Source: Cycas panzhihuaensis (lineage: Eukaryota; Plantae; Cycadophyta). Taken from it: a stretch of 64,000 nt of DNA. Positions within the stretch are counted from its first letter, which is position 1, and each line of letters starts with the position of its first letter. The notes under the pieces are model-generated. The model was given only the letters and a program-made list of their open reading frames with translations. It ran no database searches and had not been told where the DNA came from. Positions 27,427 through 39,740 of this stretch are shown here, piece by piece. Location: assembly GCA_023213395.1 (NCBI GenBank), contig CM041465.1:193695741-193759740 (forward strand), read 5' to 3'. A program made the position numbers and the translations under genes.

Positions 27427-29299
27427 CCTTGATTATCACTATAATTATCCATGTAATTATTTTTTTCCATATCCTCGGTATTTCTTTTCATGTCTTTCCT
27501 ATTCATTTTTAACTATGTATCTCTTCAACTTTTAAGGCTTTTTGCATTCCTTCCACTTATCATAACCTTTGCAAATTAGAAACCTACACGCCAAATTATT
27601 TAATGGTCCTAATCTATTTTATAGTCCTTCCTATATGTAGATTCCTCTTCTTTAATTTTGCTTATCTCTTTCAATAAGAAATTGACTGCTTTACATAGTT
27701 CTCAAGATATTTCCACATGCCTCTTATTTAATGGTCATGATTACTTCATAAGTTACTACCTTACAAATACTTAAACCATTCTCACATCTTTATTTACCTT
27801 ATCTATGAACCAATCAATTGCAAAGTTGCTACAATGTTGCTATATATTCTTAATATAATAGTGGTACTTTACTCACATTTCACTTCCTAGTAGGATGTCA
27901 TAATTCCTTCAAAAATGCATGCATGCAATAGAAAGTAAGAAATTTTTAAAGAGAAAAGAATAAAAAAATAAAGCTTCATAAGAGCACTATTCTTTTTAAT
28001 CTTTTATATTCTATTTTTAAAAACTAAACTTTAGTTTTACAATACTCAAAAACATTAAAATTTAAGGCCTTTAGCCATGTAAAAATTCTAATTATCATTC
28101 CCAGGAATGATTTAGGGAAGAAGAGTTCACAAATCATAAACTTTATATTGTTTTTAGTAATTTTTTCAAAAGATCTCCAATTCACTCAAATAAAAATTGA
28201 ACTATGAATAACTAAATATGTAAGGGGCCATTAACCTCCTAATTACCCTTTCTTAAGCATAATTCATACCCTAAAATTTTACATCTTACCTTTTATTTTT
28301 GGACTTTTATATAGTTGAAATTAAAATGTGATTTTGAGGCCATAAATGACCTCTTCTTGAAAATGGTCACATATAGTGCAATGTAGTTGTATATAGTAGG
28401 TTTATATGAAAAGTTGTAGATATCATCCTAGACTTTAATTTCTATATGTAAGTTATAAAAAATATGTGGGTAATAAAGGAGATAATTTTAATATAGGTGA
28501 ATGTTTTGTATTAGGAATGTAGATACTCCCACATCACCTCCTCATAAGAGTACTAATCTTCCCTCTCTCTTTTATGTGATTAGCCCACTCATGAGTTGTA
28601 TCATATGTGGCCACTTATTCTCTAATCCTATGGTGGCCATGGATCTTGTAAATTGCCTACTTGTAAACTTTAATTTTCCTAAAATCCCATCCTTATGAGT
28701 GTACTTACTATGAAGGCCCCAAATATAGCCATCTGATCTCTAATCTAATGACTATTTCTTAACTCATAATTTTCCTACTTATAACCTTCTCATTTAATAA
28801 CTACCTTATTCCTTTGTAATTTGTGAGCTTTAAGTTACTAGCCCTTTGACCCATAAACACTCCACTTTAAAAGTTATTAGGTATACTTACTACTATATTA
28901 TATTTGCATGGATGCTCCCACTTCACTCTATAAATTTAAATTAGGATAACTTTCTCACCTGGGATCTATATTAGGACTTTTACCACTTATTTTGAAGTTG
29001 ATGATATCCTTTCCTATGCAGTGGACTCTTCTCATATATATTATAAATTAAATATAAAATATAATTCACTTAAGATACCATAAATATTTTGTACTTATAT
29101 TTACTTCTTTATAATATTTTTTCCCTTATTATTCCCTCACTCATATCATGTTCTCCTCTATATAATGTTATACTCTAAGAGAAATATAGTTATGTTTCTA
29201 TAGTAGAGAGAAAACCAAAATTACTTTATAAGATTATAAGTGTTAGGGTATATTCATGTATAAATAGAAAAACTCCAACCTTTGATAAGATCCTACAAA

Positions 29300-30250
29300 A
29301 TTAACAAGAAAGGAGGTGCATCCTTGTACGTTATGGAGTATGAAACAAATATATATATCACAAAAGGATCTTCTACTCCACTAAATAATATTTATTACAT
29401 CTATGATACTTTATGGAGCTAACCCTAAGTATGTTGAGTTTGGATCATTAAAAGTTGTCAATTGAATTGACAAATTTGATGTCAATAGAGGAATTTGAAT
29501 AAGAGATTTGTTGATATAGCTCTAATTTTAGTATTGATTACATTATTTTAGATAACCAATCTTAGAATTTACTAATTTTAAGGGATGGTTATGGTTGTCA
29601 CATAGTAGATATATATCTAATTACTTTGTAATTAACCATATCATTATCTATTATGATGGAAGTTTGTTTAGTTCCTAGCATTTTATCTTTTTCTAAAGAT
29701 TCCATGTTAATAATCAACACAATAAAGATGGATTCTTCTTCATTTTTAGAGAATAAGATCATCATGCATGAGGCATAATCTAGAAGAAGAGTTTTAGAAA
29801 ACCATATTAAGATTTTTTAATCCTTAATAGTATTCATACATCCTTAGAAAATAACTCATCAATCTTTTATATGTTGAGAGATGGAGGTTCTTGGATTTTG
29901 TCTCATGCTAATTAAGAATTCTAAATCATGGTCTCTCCATATTGAGACCTAAAGTAAATACAAGAATCTCAATAGAGTTCTATAAATATGGAAGCATAAG
30001 CTTTAGGTAGGTAATGATACCACTTCACAAATGTGACTTAAAGTGAATGATAGAAAAGATAAAGTCAAAGTTAATCTTCTTCATATCTATTAGATGTGTA
30101 ATAGTGAATGAGTTCAACAAATAGTCCTTAGGGTTATTTCTTAAAGCCCCACTAAATTTTAGGATGTCTTTAACCACCTTAATTATAAGATATTTCTAGT
30201 TTACTAAGTTTCTAAGTCCCTAAAAATGACAAAGATGTAGAGGAAGTTGT
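29300..30250 (-). pseudogene. Decayed Ty3/gypsy (non-chromovirus type) gag remnant
   Basis: Minus-strand translation ILKFSG..NPKDYL ... VKWYHYLPKAYASIFIEL resembles the retrotransposon capsid domain also seen at 63400-63700. Confidence 0.55.
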
Positions 30251-31566
30251 TGTATCTTGGTAACTCATTATGATAGTAAGAATAGGAAAAGTATATATAT
30301 GTGGAGGTAATCCCGTAAGTCTTATGGACAAATAGGATGATATTCTAAAATGACAATATACAAATCTTGTAACAAGCATAATGATAAATTGATAAACTGA
30401 AAATGTTTGATAATAGGATGTTTAAATAATGGAAAGCTATTAATTTAGCAATAAGAAGGGTGGATTAAAGGATAAAATTAAGGCAAATTTTTGGGTTTAA
30501 AATTTGGCAACATTTCTTTAAATATTAGTGATATTTCATACTATTGAAAGTAGAGATGGTTAGTAATTTAAAGAAACTACTAATTTGTAAGATAATAATG
30601 CTTGTATAAGAGTAAAAAGTATTAAAAGAAGAAAAATAAGGATCAATAATTTTTATAGAGAAGACAATAGATAAGAACCTTAGCTCACTTTCCTACCCAT
30701 TAAATGGGTATGAAAGCCTAAGAGAAGGAAAGAGAAAATATCATCAATATACTTTACTAGTTTGTTAGCTAAGTTTTATGTATATTTAGTATTAAACAAT
30801 TTAAATATTAATAAGGCATCAATTCTAGGGCATTCATATACACAATTAATAAATAATACATAAAATAAAGAGAGAAAGAGATAGGTATAGTATATACCTA
30901 GTTATTTACTAACATAATATACAGCTATCCTTAAAGGATATAACCTAGAGGTATTAGGATAGTACCCATCTTAGAGAAATATATAATTTATTTAGGTGGC
31001 TACATGTCAGATCCATTTTAATAAGAGGTGACACTTTTTAACAATTGATCTTAAGGTGCATGCCAACACCCTCATAGTCTTATCTATATTTTCTCTAGGG
31101 TGATTGACTTTGGAATTCATTGACACTACCTCTCTTATAGATCATTTGTTCTCTTCTTGCTTACTTTTTTTTTGTATGTTGTATTACCTCAAAGATACTA
31201 ACATTTGGTATCAAAATAGTTTACTAAGTGAACTATTGCTCTTAGTATGTCATTTCATCCATATTCAATCTAATTAGTTGGAAGTAAGTATTTATCATTG
31301 AGTCTATTTTAGGATTGAGTTACTACATCTCTGTATCTATCATTTTCTACTATGTAGTTTCTTGTAATACTCTATAGTGGTCTATCTTAGATTTGTCTAA
31401 TTAATTTTGTTTATTACCTAGTTTGATTCATCATAGAATTTATCTTTTTGTTCACTCTTTTGCCATCGTTATGGACTAATACTCCTCATCATAAGCTTTG
31501 ATTTGTGTTTTATATTTTTGCTAGTATTTAGGCTTATATTTTTATTTTACATTTAGCTCTTTCGTT

Positions 31567-31730
31567 GATTGACTATTGATAAGTAATATATCTCTACATT
31601 TGGATATTTCATAGATTGACTATAGACAAGTAATTTGTCTCTACATTTGGCTATTTCATTGATTGACCTTTAATAAGTAATCCATTATTATATTTAGATT
31701 GACTATTATTAAGAGATTCATTGTTGCATT
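31567..31730. repeat. 47-bp minisatellite, ~3.5 copies
   Basis: GATTGAC(T/C)...AAGTAAT units start at 31567, 31614 and 31661, with a further degenerate copy at 31697. Confidence 0.85.
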
Positions 31731-33079
31731 TGAGTATTCAATAGTTTTATTAATTGAATGTTATGCCCCTTTTTTTGTAGCTCCTATCTAACAACACATT
31801 GAGCCAACTAAGAGAGTTATACTTATTTGATAGGCTGTTGCACATGATTATGATTATTCACTCATTATCTTTCTAGTGTAAGATTATCACTCAACAATAG
31901 AATTTCATCATCCAGTGGTCATTTCATCAAAAGTAATGTTTATTTTATTATAGGTCTAATCTCAAGTTCATTTCATCAACACCTAGTGGTGTGTTGAGTC
32001 CCTACTAGGGCATTTAGACCATGTAGTGTTAGCAATGCCAATCTTATTTTTATAATGTAGGGTGTCTTTATACTTTATGGCTTATTATTGATTTAAGTAT
32101 GCCTTGGAAGTGAGGTAAGTTTAGGGCATCCTAAGTATTGATCAATGTTATTTTCCTAGGAGAGTCCACTTTGAGAAGGTATTCATTGAGTACTAAAAGA
32201 TACATGGAGGAGCCTAAGCCAAAAGTTTGTGAAATTGCTTATTTTTTAACATTTAGTATTGTCTTGAATCGAAAAATTTTAACCAATTTTCATATTCTTT
32301 TGATTTTTACTACCTTGTAGCACCCCTTCACTAATGTTGTAAGTCATATAGTAGAGCCAAATGCTTAGAATTTCTTTTTAAGAGGGCTTAACAATATTTC
32401 AATAGGTCAATTCTACTTTCAAGGACTTGTATTTGATTGAACAAGTATAACTTTTACATTTGGAGCCAATTTTTAAAATCAGTAGTTTCATAGTGATCTA
32501 CATTCTCACTTGATTAAAATAAGTGTTCATTCTCATTTGTTAGGCTTATGTCTTATGGACCATTAAATGTCTTAAATTTGATGAAATATTTTCATTGTTA
32601 TTTATGTATTAAGGGGTTTCATTAAAAATTATGGATCTATTTGTACTCTTTAGTCTCTAACTTTATCATAAACTATCAAATTTAGGTATCCTCTAAAACA
32701 TTATAATATTAACTAAATTATCTTACAAATGAATAGTAATTTAGCCCCATTTAATTTTATTTAGCGTACCTTTTCAAGGCTCAAATTTTACGCATGCTTT
32801 GTGGGCTTCTTATGAGATGACTCCTTAAGCAAAACATTGCATAAATATCTTATTGTAACTCAAGTTTAATACAAAAATTTACTATTTAGTGATGGTTAAA
32901 TCCTAATTAGGATACATGTACATGTTCTAGAGTTGAAGTGGGATAATTTATGGTGTGTTTGAGTGATCTTTACTTCTATTTTTTGGGTGCTTTCTTCCTC
33001 TTATCTTATCTTCCATTTTTCAAGTACCTTCTCTCTTCATTTTTCAATCACCTTTATTTTTAAGAATCTTTTATTCCTT

Positions 33080-35387
33080 ATGGCATCTTTTTCATTATGG
33101 ATTTTAGTATAAACAATATAATGATGCATACATTTTATGGCATAAATTATCTAAATTAAAGTAGGAGGATAAAACCCAAATTTATTTCTAAAGATATGTA
33201 GAACTTTTTTATAAATAGTTATGGTGTGCTTGGTAAAAATACCACTATAGACAAATTAAAGGACCATAAGGTGAATGAGAAGAAGGACAATGAAACCCTC
33301 ACATTCATCACTTTTATGTTAGAGGACCACATCTTTTCATAAATCAATGAGGCAATAATATCAAAGTAAACTTAGGACATATTGAAACTATGAAGGAGCT
33401 ACAGTAATAAAGATATAAAATTTAAGGAGTAGGTTTAAAAATTACCACATAAACTATAATAAAGGTTTAAATTATTTCATTACCAATATACAAGGACTAG
33501 TCAATCAAATAAGGGCCCTAAGAGAGGATATTAATAAGCAAAAGGTTGTTAAGAAAATTATAAGGAGTGTAGGAGAACTCAAAAAGTTAAAATGGTTGCC
33601 ACTGGTATAAAAGTATCTAAAGATATTATTACATTAAAAATTTATCAAATAAGTGGTATTTTAATACTTATTGAGGAGTCCTTTATTATTAGGGTAAGGG
33701 TTAGGCCTCCTTGTTAAGTCTAAAGTTCAAGAGAAAGAATTCAATCCCCCTATAAGTATAAATCAATATGCTAGGGAACAAATTTATAGAAACAAAGGAT
33801 AATTTCATGGAAACCAAGGATAAGGTTTCAAAAATCAAAGGCAAGATTATGGACCTTAAAACTCTAATGGTTGAAGATAAAGCCTTACATTAATAAGAAG
33901 AGGAACAACAAAATATCCTTATTGAAAGTGAAGTTGATACTTAGAAAATAACTAATTTCTTAAAAAGCACAACATAAAAAGAAGAATTACTAATACAACC
34001 ATAGAAGAGCCAAGGAAAAATGAGTGACTCTTCCTATCAAGACTTATGGATAATCAAGAAGATGATAGTTGGTACATTGATTTTAGATTCTCCACATATT
34101 TGACTTATAAAAGGAAATGGTTTGAGAAATTATATAACTCTCAAATAAGTAAGATAATATTTTAGAATAATACTACCCAAGAAATAATAGGTAAAGGGAA
34201 TTTATCCCTTTAAATAAATTTTAGAAAAACTAAATATATCCATGATGTATTTCATGTCCATATACTTACAAAGATATATATTTTTCATTTAGACAAATGA
34301 TAGAGTAGAAATATAAAGCAATCTTTGATGATGGGGACTATGTAATTAAGGATAAGTTAAAGAATAAATCCATAGTGTTTAAGTGCCAAATGATAAATAA
34401 TATATTATTCAAGTTAGTCATACCTCTTAGTGACATCTATGCCTTAAAATCATTTTTTAAGTTGGATAATAAGATATGGCAATGTAAATTATAAAAGCTT
34501 GGCCCTAATGAATAAGATGGACATGATAATTTGTCTACCTAATATTGAAGGTAACAAATGGATTTATAAAGGGTACATATGAGGAAAACAACAAAAGAAA
34601 GGTTTTCCAAATGATAATTATAGAGATAAGGGGTCATTTCAACTAGTATGTATAAATTTGTATGGACTAGTGGATGTAATAGCCCTTAAAAGAGTAAGAT
34701 ATTTAATGACATTTATTGATGACTATAAAAAAATAACTTAAGTATATTTTCTTAATTTTAAATCATAAACATTCCAACACTTTATCAACTTTAAGATGAT
34801 TATTAAGGGTTAAATTAGTGATAAGATTTTGATCCTTAAATTAGATAATAGGGGAGAATTTATCTCTAATAAATTCAAAGAATATTATAAATATTATAGA
34901 ATAAAGAAACAACTAACTAATCCTTATATCTCTTAATGAAATGGAGGAGTAGAGAGGGAAAATAGGATAATTGTTGAGATGGCTAAGAGCATGCTTAAAG
35001 ATAAGTGCCTTGAAAATAAATTTTGGCTAAAAGTTATTCATTCAACTATTTATTTATTAAATAAGTATACAACAAGGATAGTAAGATAGCCCACACCTAA
35101 AAAGACTTAGTCAGGGCACAAGCCTAGTATTAAACACTTGAGTATTTGGGTACATCGCATATGTTCATCTATTAAAATAAAAAGGGATAAAATAAGATGA
35201 TAAAAGTACTAAGTATATATTTATAGGATATAGTAATGCTTCAAGACCCTATAATTTATATGATCTTCATGTAAAGAATATCATCATGAGTAGCAATATC
35301 ATCTTCAATGAATATAATTTTTATCAAGGATATTTTAAAAAAGATAAAGGTAAAAGTATAATGATTGATATGGAATAGTGTAAAAGT
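33080..35387 (+). mobile_element. Ty1/copia G (gag-PR-IN), related to E; truncated by element H
   Basis: gag from ~33080, protease-region WYID ~34070, integrase (YLMTFIDDY..LDNRGEF..NGGVERENRII) ~34480-35310. Confidence 0.88.
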
Positions 35388-35789
35388 TCTTAGAATTTGA
35401 TCATATCTTTGATAACATTTTAGAATTTGATTACAACTCTAATACAATGTTAGAATTTACAAAAGTAAGAAGTATAATCATGTAAATCACTCTATTTTCA
35501 AAGTACACTTATGAAATGGCATTATATTAACCCATTGTGAAGAGAGTATATAAGATTTCTAATTGTTAGTAGTGTTGATGAACACCAGGGTTTAAAACCC
35601 TATGAGATATATACTTTCGAGGAAGGAGAAAAAACTTCTTAACCTCCAATTTAACATAATATAAAATAATGAACATACACAATAAACTAATCTTACCTTT
35701 ACTTACCATCAAGATGTAAGCATTCACACACTTCTAATGTGGGAGTTAGGTGAGGAACATTAACCCCATCATACTCCCCCTTAATGTGC

Positions 35790-36485
35790 ATCATGTTCAT
35801 CTTCTATTTTTCCTTGAACTTGTAGTATAGATGCTTTAGGAATACTTTGAAGAAGCAATTGTGCTTATGTCTTATAATTTCATTATCAACTTTGAAGTGG
35901 TCTTCAATTTATACCATTATCATTACCATATAGTCTTCAATAAATTATGGTCCAAATGTAGCTATGAGTTGCTTTAAATGAATATGAGTGCCTTCATTTT
36001 TTTAGTTTATCCTTTTGATGAGGATTAACCTAGTTAGATGTACATAAAGCTTCATCGAATGCATTATTATGTTCATCAATCTTATTCAAATATTTAACAT
36101 TGTATGCCACATTAGATTTTTCATCAAGAAATACTTATTCTATCATCTATCTAACACAAAATACATCATTAATATAGTTAAATTTACTTAAATCAAAAGA
36201 TTCTTCCCCATAAAGTAAATCAAGGGTATCCTAAATAGATTTAGATGCGTCAATATCATAAACATGATTAAGTATATTATCATCTATGGTACAAAGCATA
36301 AGTACTAGGGCTTCATTGTTCTTTATTAAGTTTTCTCTAAAGTCTAATTCATTTATTATGTAACCATGTTCTATGAATTTCTAAAGGTCATTTACAATAA
36401 AGTATGTTTTCAATATATATTTCCAAATCTCAAAATTTGTCCCATCAAATATGGAAAATCTAGTGTTAATATTAGTGATAGCCAT
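35790..36485 (-). pseudogene. Truncated copia-type gag ORF of element H
   Basis: MAITNINTRFSIFDGTNFEIWKYILKTYF..L*KFIEHGY..NNEALVLML..SKSI*DTLDLLY, followed by an unrelated D/E/K-rich tail. Confidence 0.8.
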
Positions 36486-37580
36486 TATAATCAATGAATC
36501 ATAACATATAATGAATTAAGAAGTATAACTCTTTAATCAATGCAAAATAGATGTTTTCTTTTGAGATGAGATAAACCTTTCAAAGGATATATATGAATCT
36601 TAAAATTTAGAAGAAATGTAATATAATGTAACATGTTTGAGATTTCAAATATTATAGATATGGTCTTGATTTAATTTGAATATGCCTTTCATATGAGAGT
36701 TAAAGAACTTAATATATATAAAGAATTTTTAAATGACTGCTTTTATAAATCAGAAATAACTTGATACTAAAGGAAAGTATATCCTTTTAATGAATGCTAT
36801 TTGTAGATTAATTCTCATAAGCCTTCAAAAGTAAGTTTAAAAGAAACAAATAATATACTTATACAATGAAGTGCAACTTGGAATACTTTTCAAACTTGAA
36901 ATTGAGCAAAATGATCTTCCAATTTTAATTTCTTATCAAAGATAAGCAGCCATCAGATGAGTCATATTAGATTAAATAATGTAAACTTTATGTTTTATTA
37001 TGTTTCTTAAGGTTATTATTTAGTCACGTCTTAAAAGTTGTTTAAGTGATTGTAATGTTGTAAACTTATGTTAAATATTAATTGATTTATGGATGATCGT
37101 TGAAATGTAGAACTACATTCCAACGAACCTCCATCCTATTTATTAATCTCCTAGATTCATGGAATTGGTTCCAGGAATCTAGGAGGTCTGTCCATATGCC
37201 TGACCAAAGGCTATTTTAGGGGGTTTGTGGTTTTGTATATTGGTTTTCATTCATTTATTAATAAAAACTTAGATTAGGAGATGGTTTTTCTTCCTTAGAA
37301 GGGGTTTTCCACCTGTCAACCCTGTGTACATGTGCATTGTCTCTTTCTTATGTTTCTCTTTTATTCCTATGATATTTTGACTGTGTACATGTGCCTATTC
37401 TATCATGGTATCAGAGCAAATAGAATCCCTTTCCACTTTACTAAAACCTTTGTCAAATTGAATCCATCCTTTTGAAAATCATATACTGGCATAACAGTAC
37501 CCCAAACCCCTTCCTACTCCCTGGAAGAATAATCGTACCACACTCTGATTACACCAAATCTGGTCCTGAGAGCAGTAGAG

Positions 37581-38212
37581 AAGTTCACAACATCAGTGTT
37601 TATCATTTATGAGTAGATTCACCCAAAGGATGCATTCAAACAGCAAATGATAAAAACTTGGAGGGTCGGGGATGTCCTCTTCTTGGTCTAAATACCACAC
37701 CACCATTTTTTCATCAGAAGGCTAGTGAGGAGATCACCAATTATAAACTGTGGTTATTATGCATGATGGGCTGCATTACGGAAGTTACTGTTTCAGTTTC
37801 TTGAAGCTAGAATGCAAACTGCCAGGGATACTCCTTTGCAAAAATAAGTACTTTCCCTTGGAGCTGGCTTTGACACAACATTCTTCCAACTTCAGGAAGA
37901 AGAGAAGGCCCCAACACTCTACGTGGAGCTAGATTTCAAGGAGGTGACTGGTAAAAGGGTAGCACTAATTGAGTTCCATGAAGAGCTGAGGAACAACATT
38001 GGCAAGATAGCACTCTACGTGGAGCTAGATTTCAAGGAGGTGACTGGTGAAAAGGTAGCATTGATTAAGTTCCATAAAGAGCTAAGGAACAAGATTGGCA
38101 AGACAACACTCATTTCACAAGAAAGAGGTTACTAACCTTTATCATTGTAGAATGTGTTCTTATATATTTGGAGCTAGATATAAGCTATATGGTAGTTAAA
38201 TGGGCTTTGAAG
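37581..38212 (+). pseudogene. LCMT1: Captured, intronless, rearranged fragment of leucine carboxyl methyltransferase 1 (PP2A methyltransferase; plant SBI1)
   Basis: 37704-38128 translates HFFIRRLVRRSPIINCGYYA*WAALRKLLFQFL..K*VLSLGAGFDTTFFQLQEEEKAPTLYVELDFKEVT.. 38129-38212 translates LLTFIIVECVLIYLELDISYMVVKWALK. 37581-37703 translates KFTTSVFIIYE*IHPKDAFKQQMIK/LEGRGCPLLGLNTTP. All are characteristic LCMT1 motifs. Confidence 0.93.
37915..38111 (+). repeat. 96-bp in-frame tandem duplication within the LCMT1 fragment
   Basis: CACTCTACGTGGAGCTAGATTTCAAGGAGGTGACTGGT occurs at 37915 and 38011. Confidence 0.95.
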
Positions 38213-38244
38213 ATGGCCCTGAGCATTGGATCAGAATAGAACTG

Positions 38245-38330
38245 TAGTCGCTCCATGCCATTGAAGACCCACAGTCGCTCCATGCCATTGAAGACCAGTA
38301 GTCACTACTCCAACGCCATCGCAGACCTAT
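38245..38330. repeat. ~27-bp tandem repeat (AGTCGCTCCATGCCATTGAAGACC), 2 copies plus a degenerate third
   Basis: Read directly; lies just right of the LCMT1 insert. Confidence 0.8.
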
Positions 38331-38479
38331 AGAAATCCTCGCCGCTGCCATGGAGAGAATGGAAAAATAAGGTAGGGTTTCATTGCCTTTACCCCCCCAG
38401 ACCCCAATTCCAATTAAATTTTAATTTTGTGATATAAATTAAAACAAACCCATCAGGTCTGCATTCTTAGGTTTTGTTT

Positions 38480-39740
38480 TATTTATTTTTTAATTTTTTA
38501 TTTAAATCAAAATTTCAATCCCCCCTTTATCACATTAATAAATCAATGTAAAACCTCCTTATTACATTAATAAATTAACTTAAAACTATTTTTTTAATAA
38601 ACCTTCAATTTATAAATAAAATTTAAAATCTTTCCCCTTTAATTAATTTTTAGTACGTAAAATCAAACCCCCCTTTATAATACTTTTGTCACATTTTGAT
38701 TTAATGAAACATTAACCCCACTTCATTATTATACTTTGATTTAAATCAAAGCCCCCCCCATTATACTTTACACTTTGATTTAAATCAAAGTCCCCCCCTT
38801 AAACACATTTTTATTAAAACAAATTCCTCCTCCCTTTTATAATACCTTTATTAAAATAAATTTATAAACCCCCCCTCAATAACACCCCCTCTTTTATCAC
38901 TTTGTTATTTAATCAAATCAAATCCCCCGTTAATTACATAATCTCCCTTACATTTTATTCTTAACTTTTTTTTTTTAAATTAACCCTTCTCCTCTACAAC
39001 ACTTTAATGATAAAACATTACCCCTCCCCCCCTTTGTTTTGTTTTAGTATTCTTTAATAAAACATAAGCTCAACCCCACTCTCTTTCTTCTTATTATGTT
39101 TATTTTTTGATTAAATTTTGTATTGTATACTTGATTGAAATCAAATACAATCTTTTTTTTGCCTTGATTCTAAGTAAATATATACCCTTCTATTACTCTT
39201 TAATGATTAAAATTAAGCCTTTGATTACTACATTTTAATGTTAAAAATTATTTCAAATTAATATAGTTAATTTTAAGAAAATTAAAATTAACCTTTTACT
39301 TATTATATTTAATCAAATCCATTCCTTTTATTATACTTTTTTTTCATATTTATTTTTCTCTAACACTTCATTATTAATTTATGAATTAACTTTTTCTTTC
39401 CTTTCACACTTAATCGATAGAGTTGAATTATGCCATTTAAGCCTTAAAATTACACATCTATTTCTTAAAATAAAAAGGGAAATAAAATACTTAATCATAA
39501 AGTTTTTTCTGTTAAGGGAAACTAAATACCTAGTTACAATTTTTTTTTTAAGTAAAGCATTTACTTTGTTAAGGAGAATTGTTTATTTTTTCCAAAAGGG
39601 ATTTGTTATTTTCAAAAAGGGGATTGTTTATTAAACAAGGATTTTTTTTATTCAAAGTAAAGGGGGACTATTTTTTCTAAGGGGGATTATTTTTCTAAAG
39701 AGAATTGTTTTTCAAAAATGATTGCTTAAGGAATTATTTT
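38480..39740. repeat. Low-complexity leader array with repeated C-tracts, then G-tracts
   Basis: Recurring (T)AAATCAAA..CCCCC(C)TTT units at ~38500-39080 and AAAGGGGGA(T/C)T units at ~39590-39700. Confidence 0.6.

Larger units (their letters stand above)
25030..29256 (-). mobile_element. Ty3/gypsy C: gag N-terminus, PBS and long 5' LTR
   Basis: Continues 10154-11230 across the ATCAT TSD. Decayed gag to ~26050, PBS remnant ggctctaacacca 26173-26185, and a ~3-kb LTR-like region 26188-~29256. Outer boundary approximate. Confidence 0.75.

Noticed and set aside
35388-35460. Regularly spaced 30-bp repeats as a CRISPR-like array
   Set aside because: The context is a eukaryotic retrotransposon, there are no unique spacers or cas genes, and the units are LTR-end/PBS duplications.
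37923-38135. 70-aa ORF with a 32-aa repeat as a novel repeat protein
   Set aside because: It is the duplicated part of the LCMT1 pseudogene fragment, and the surrounding frame has stops.
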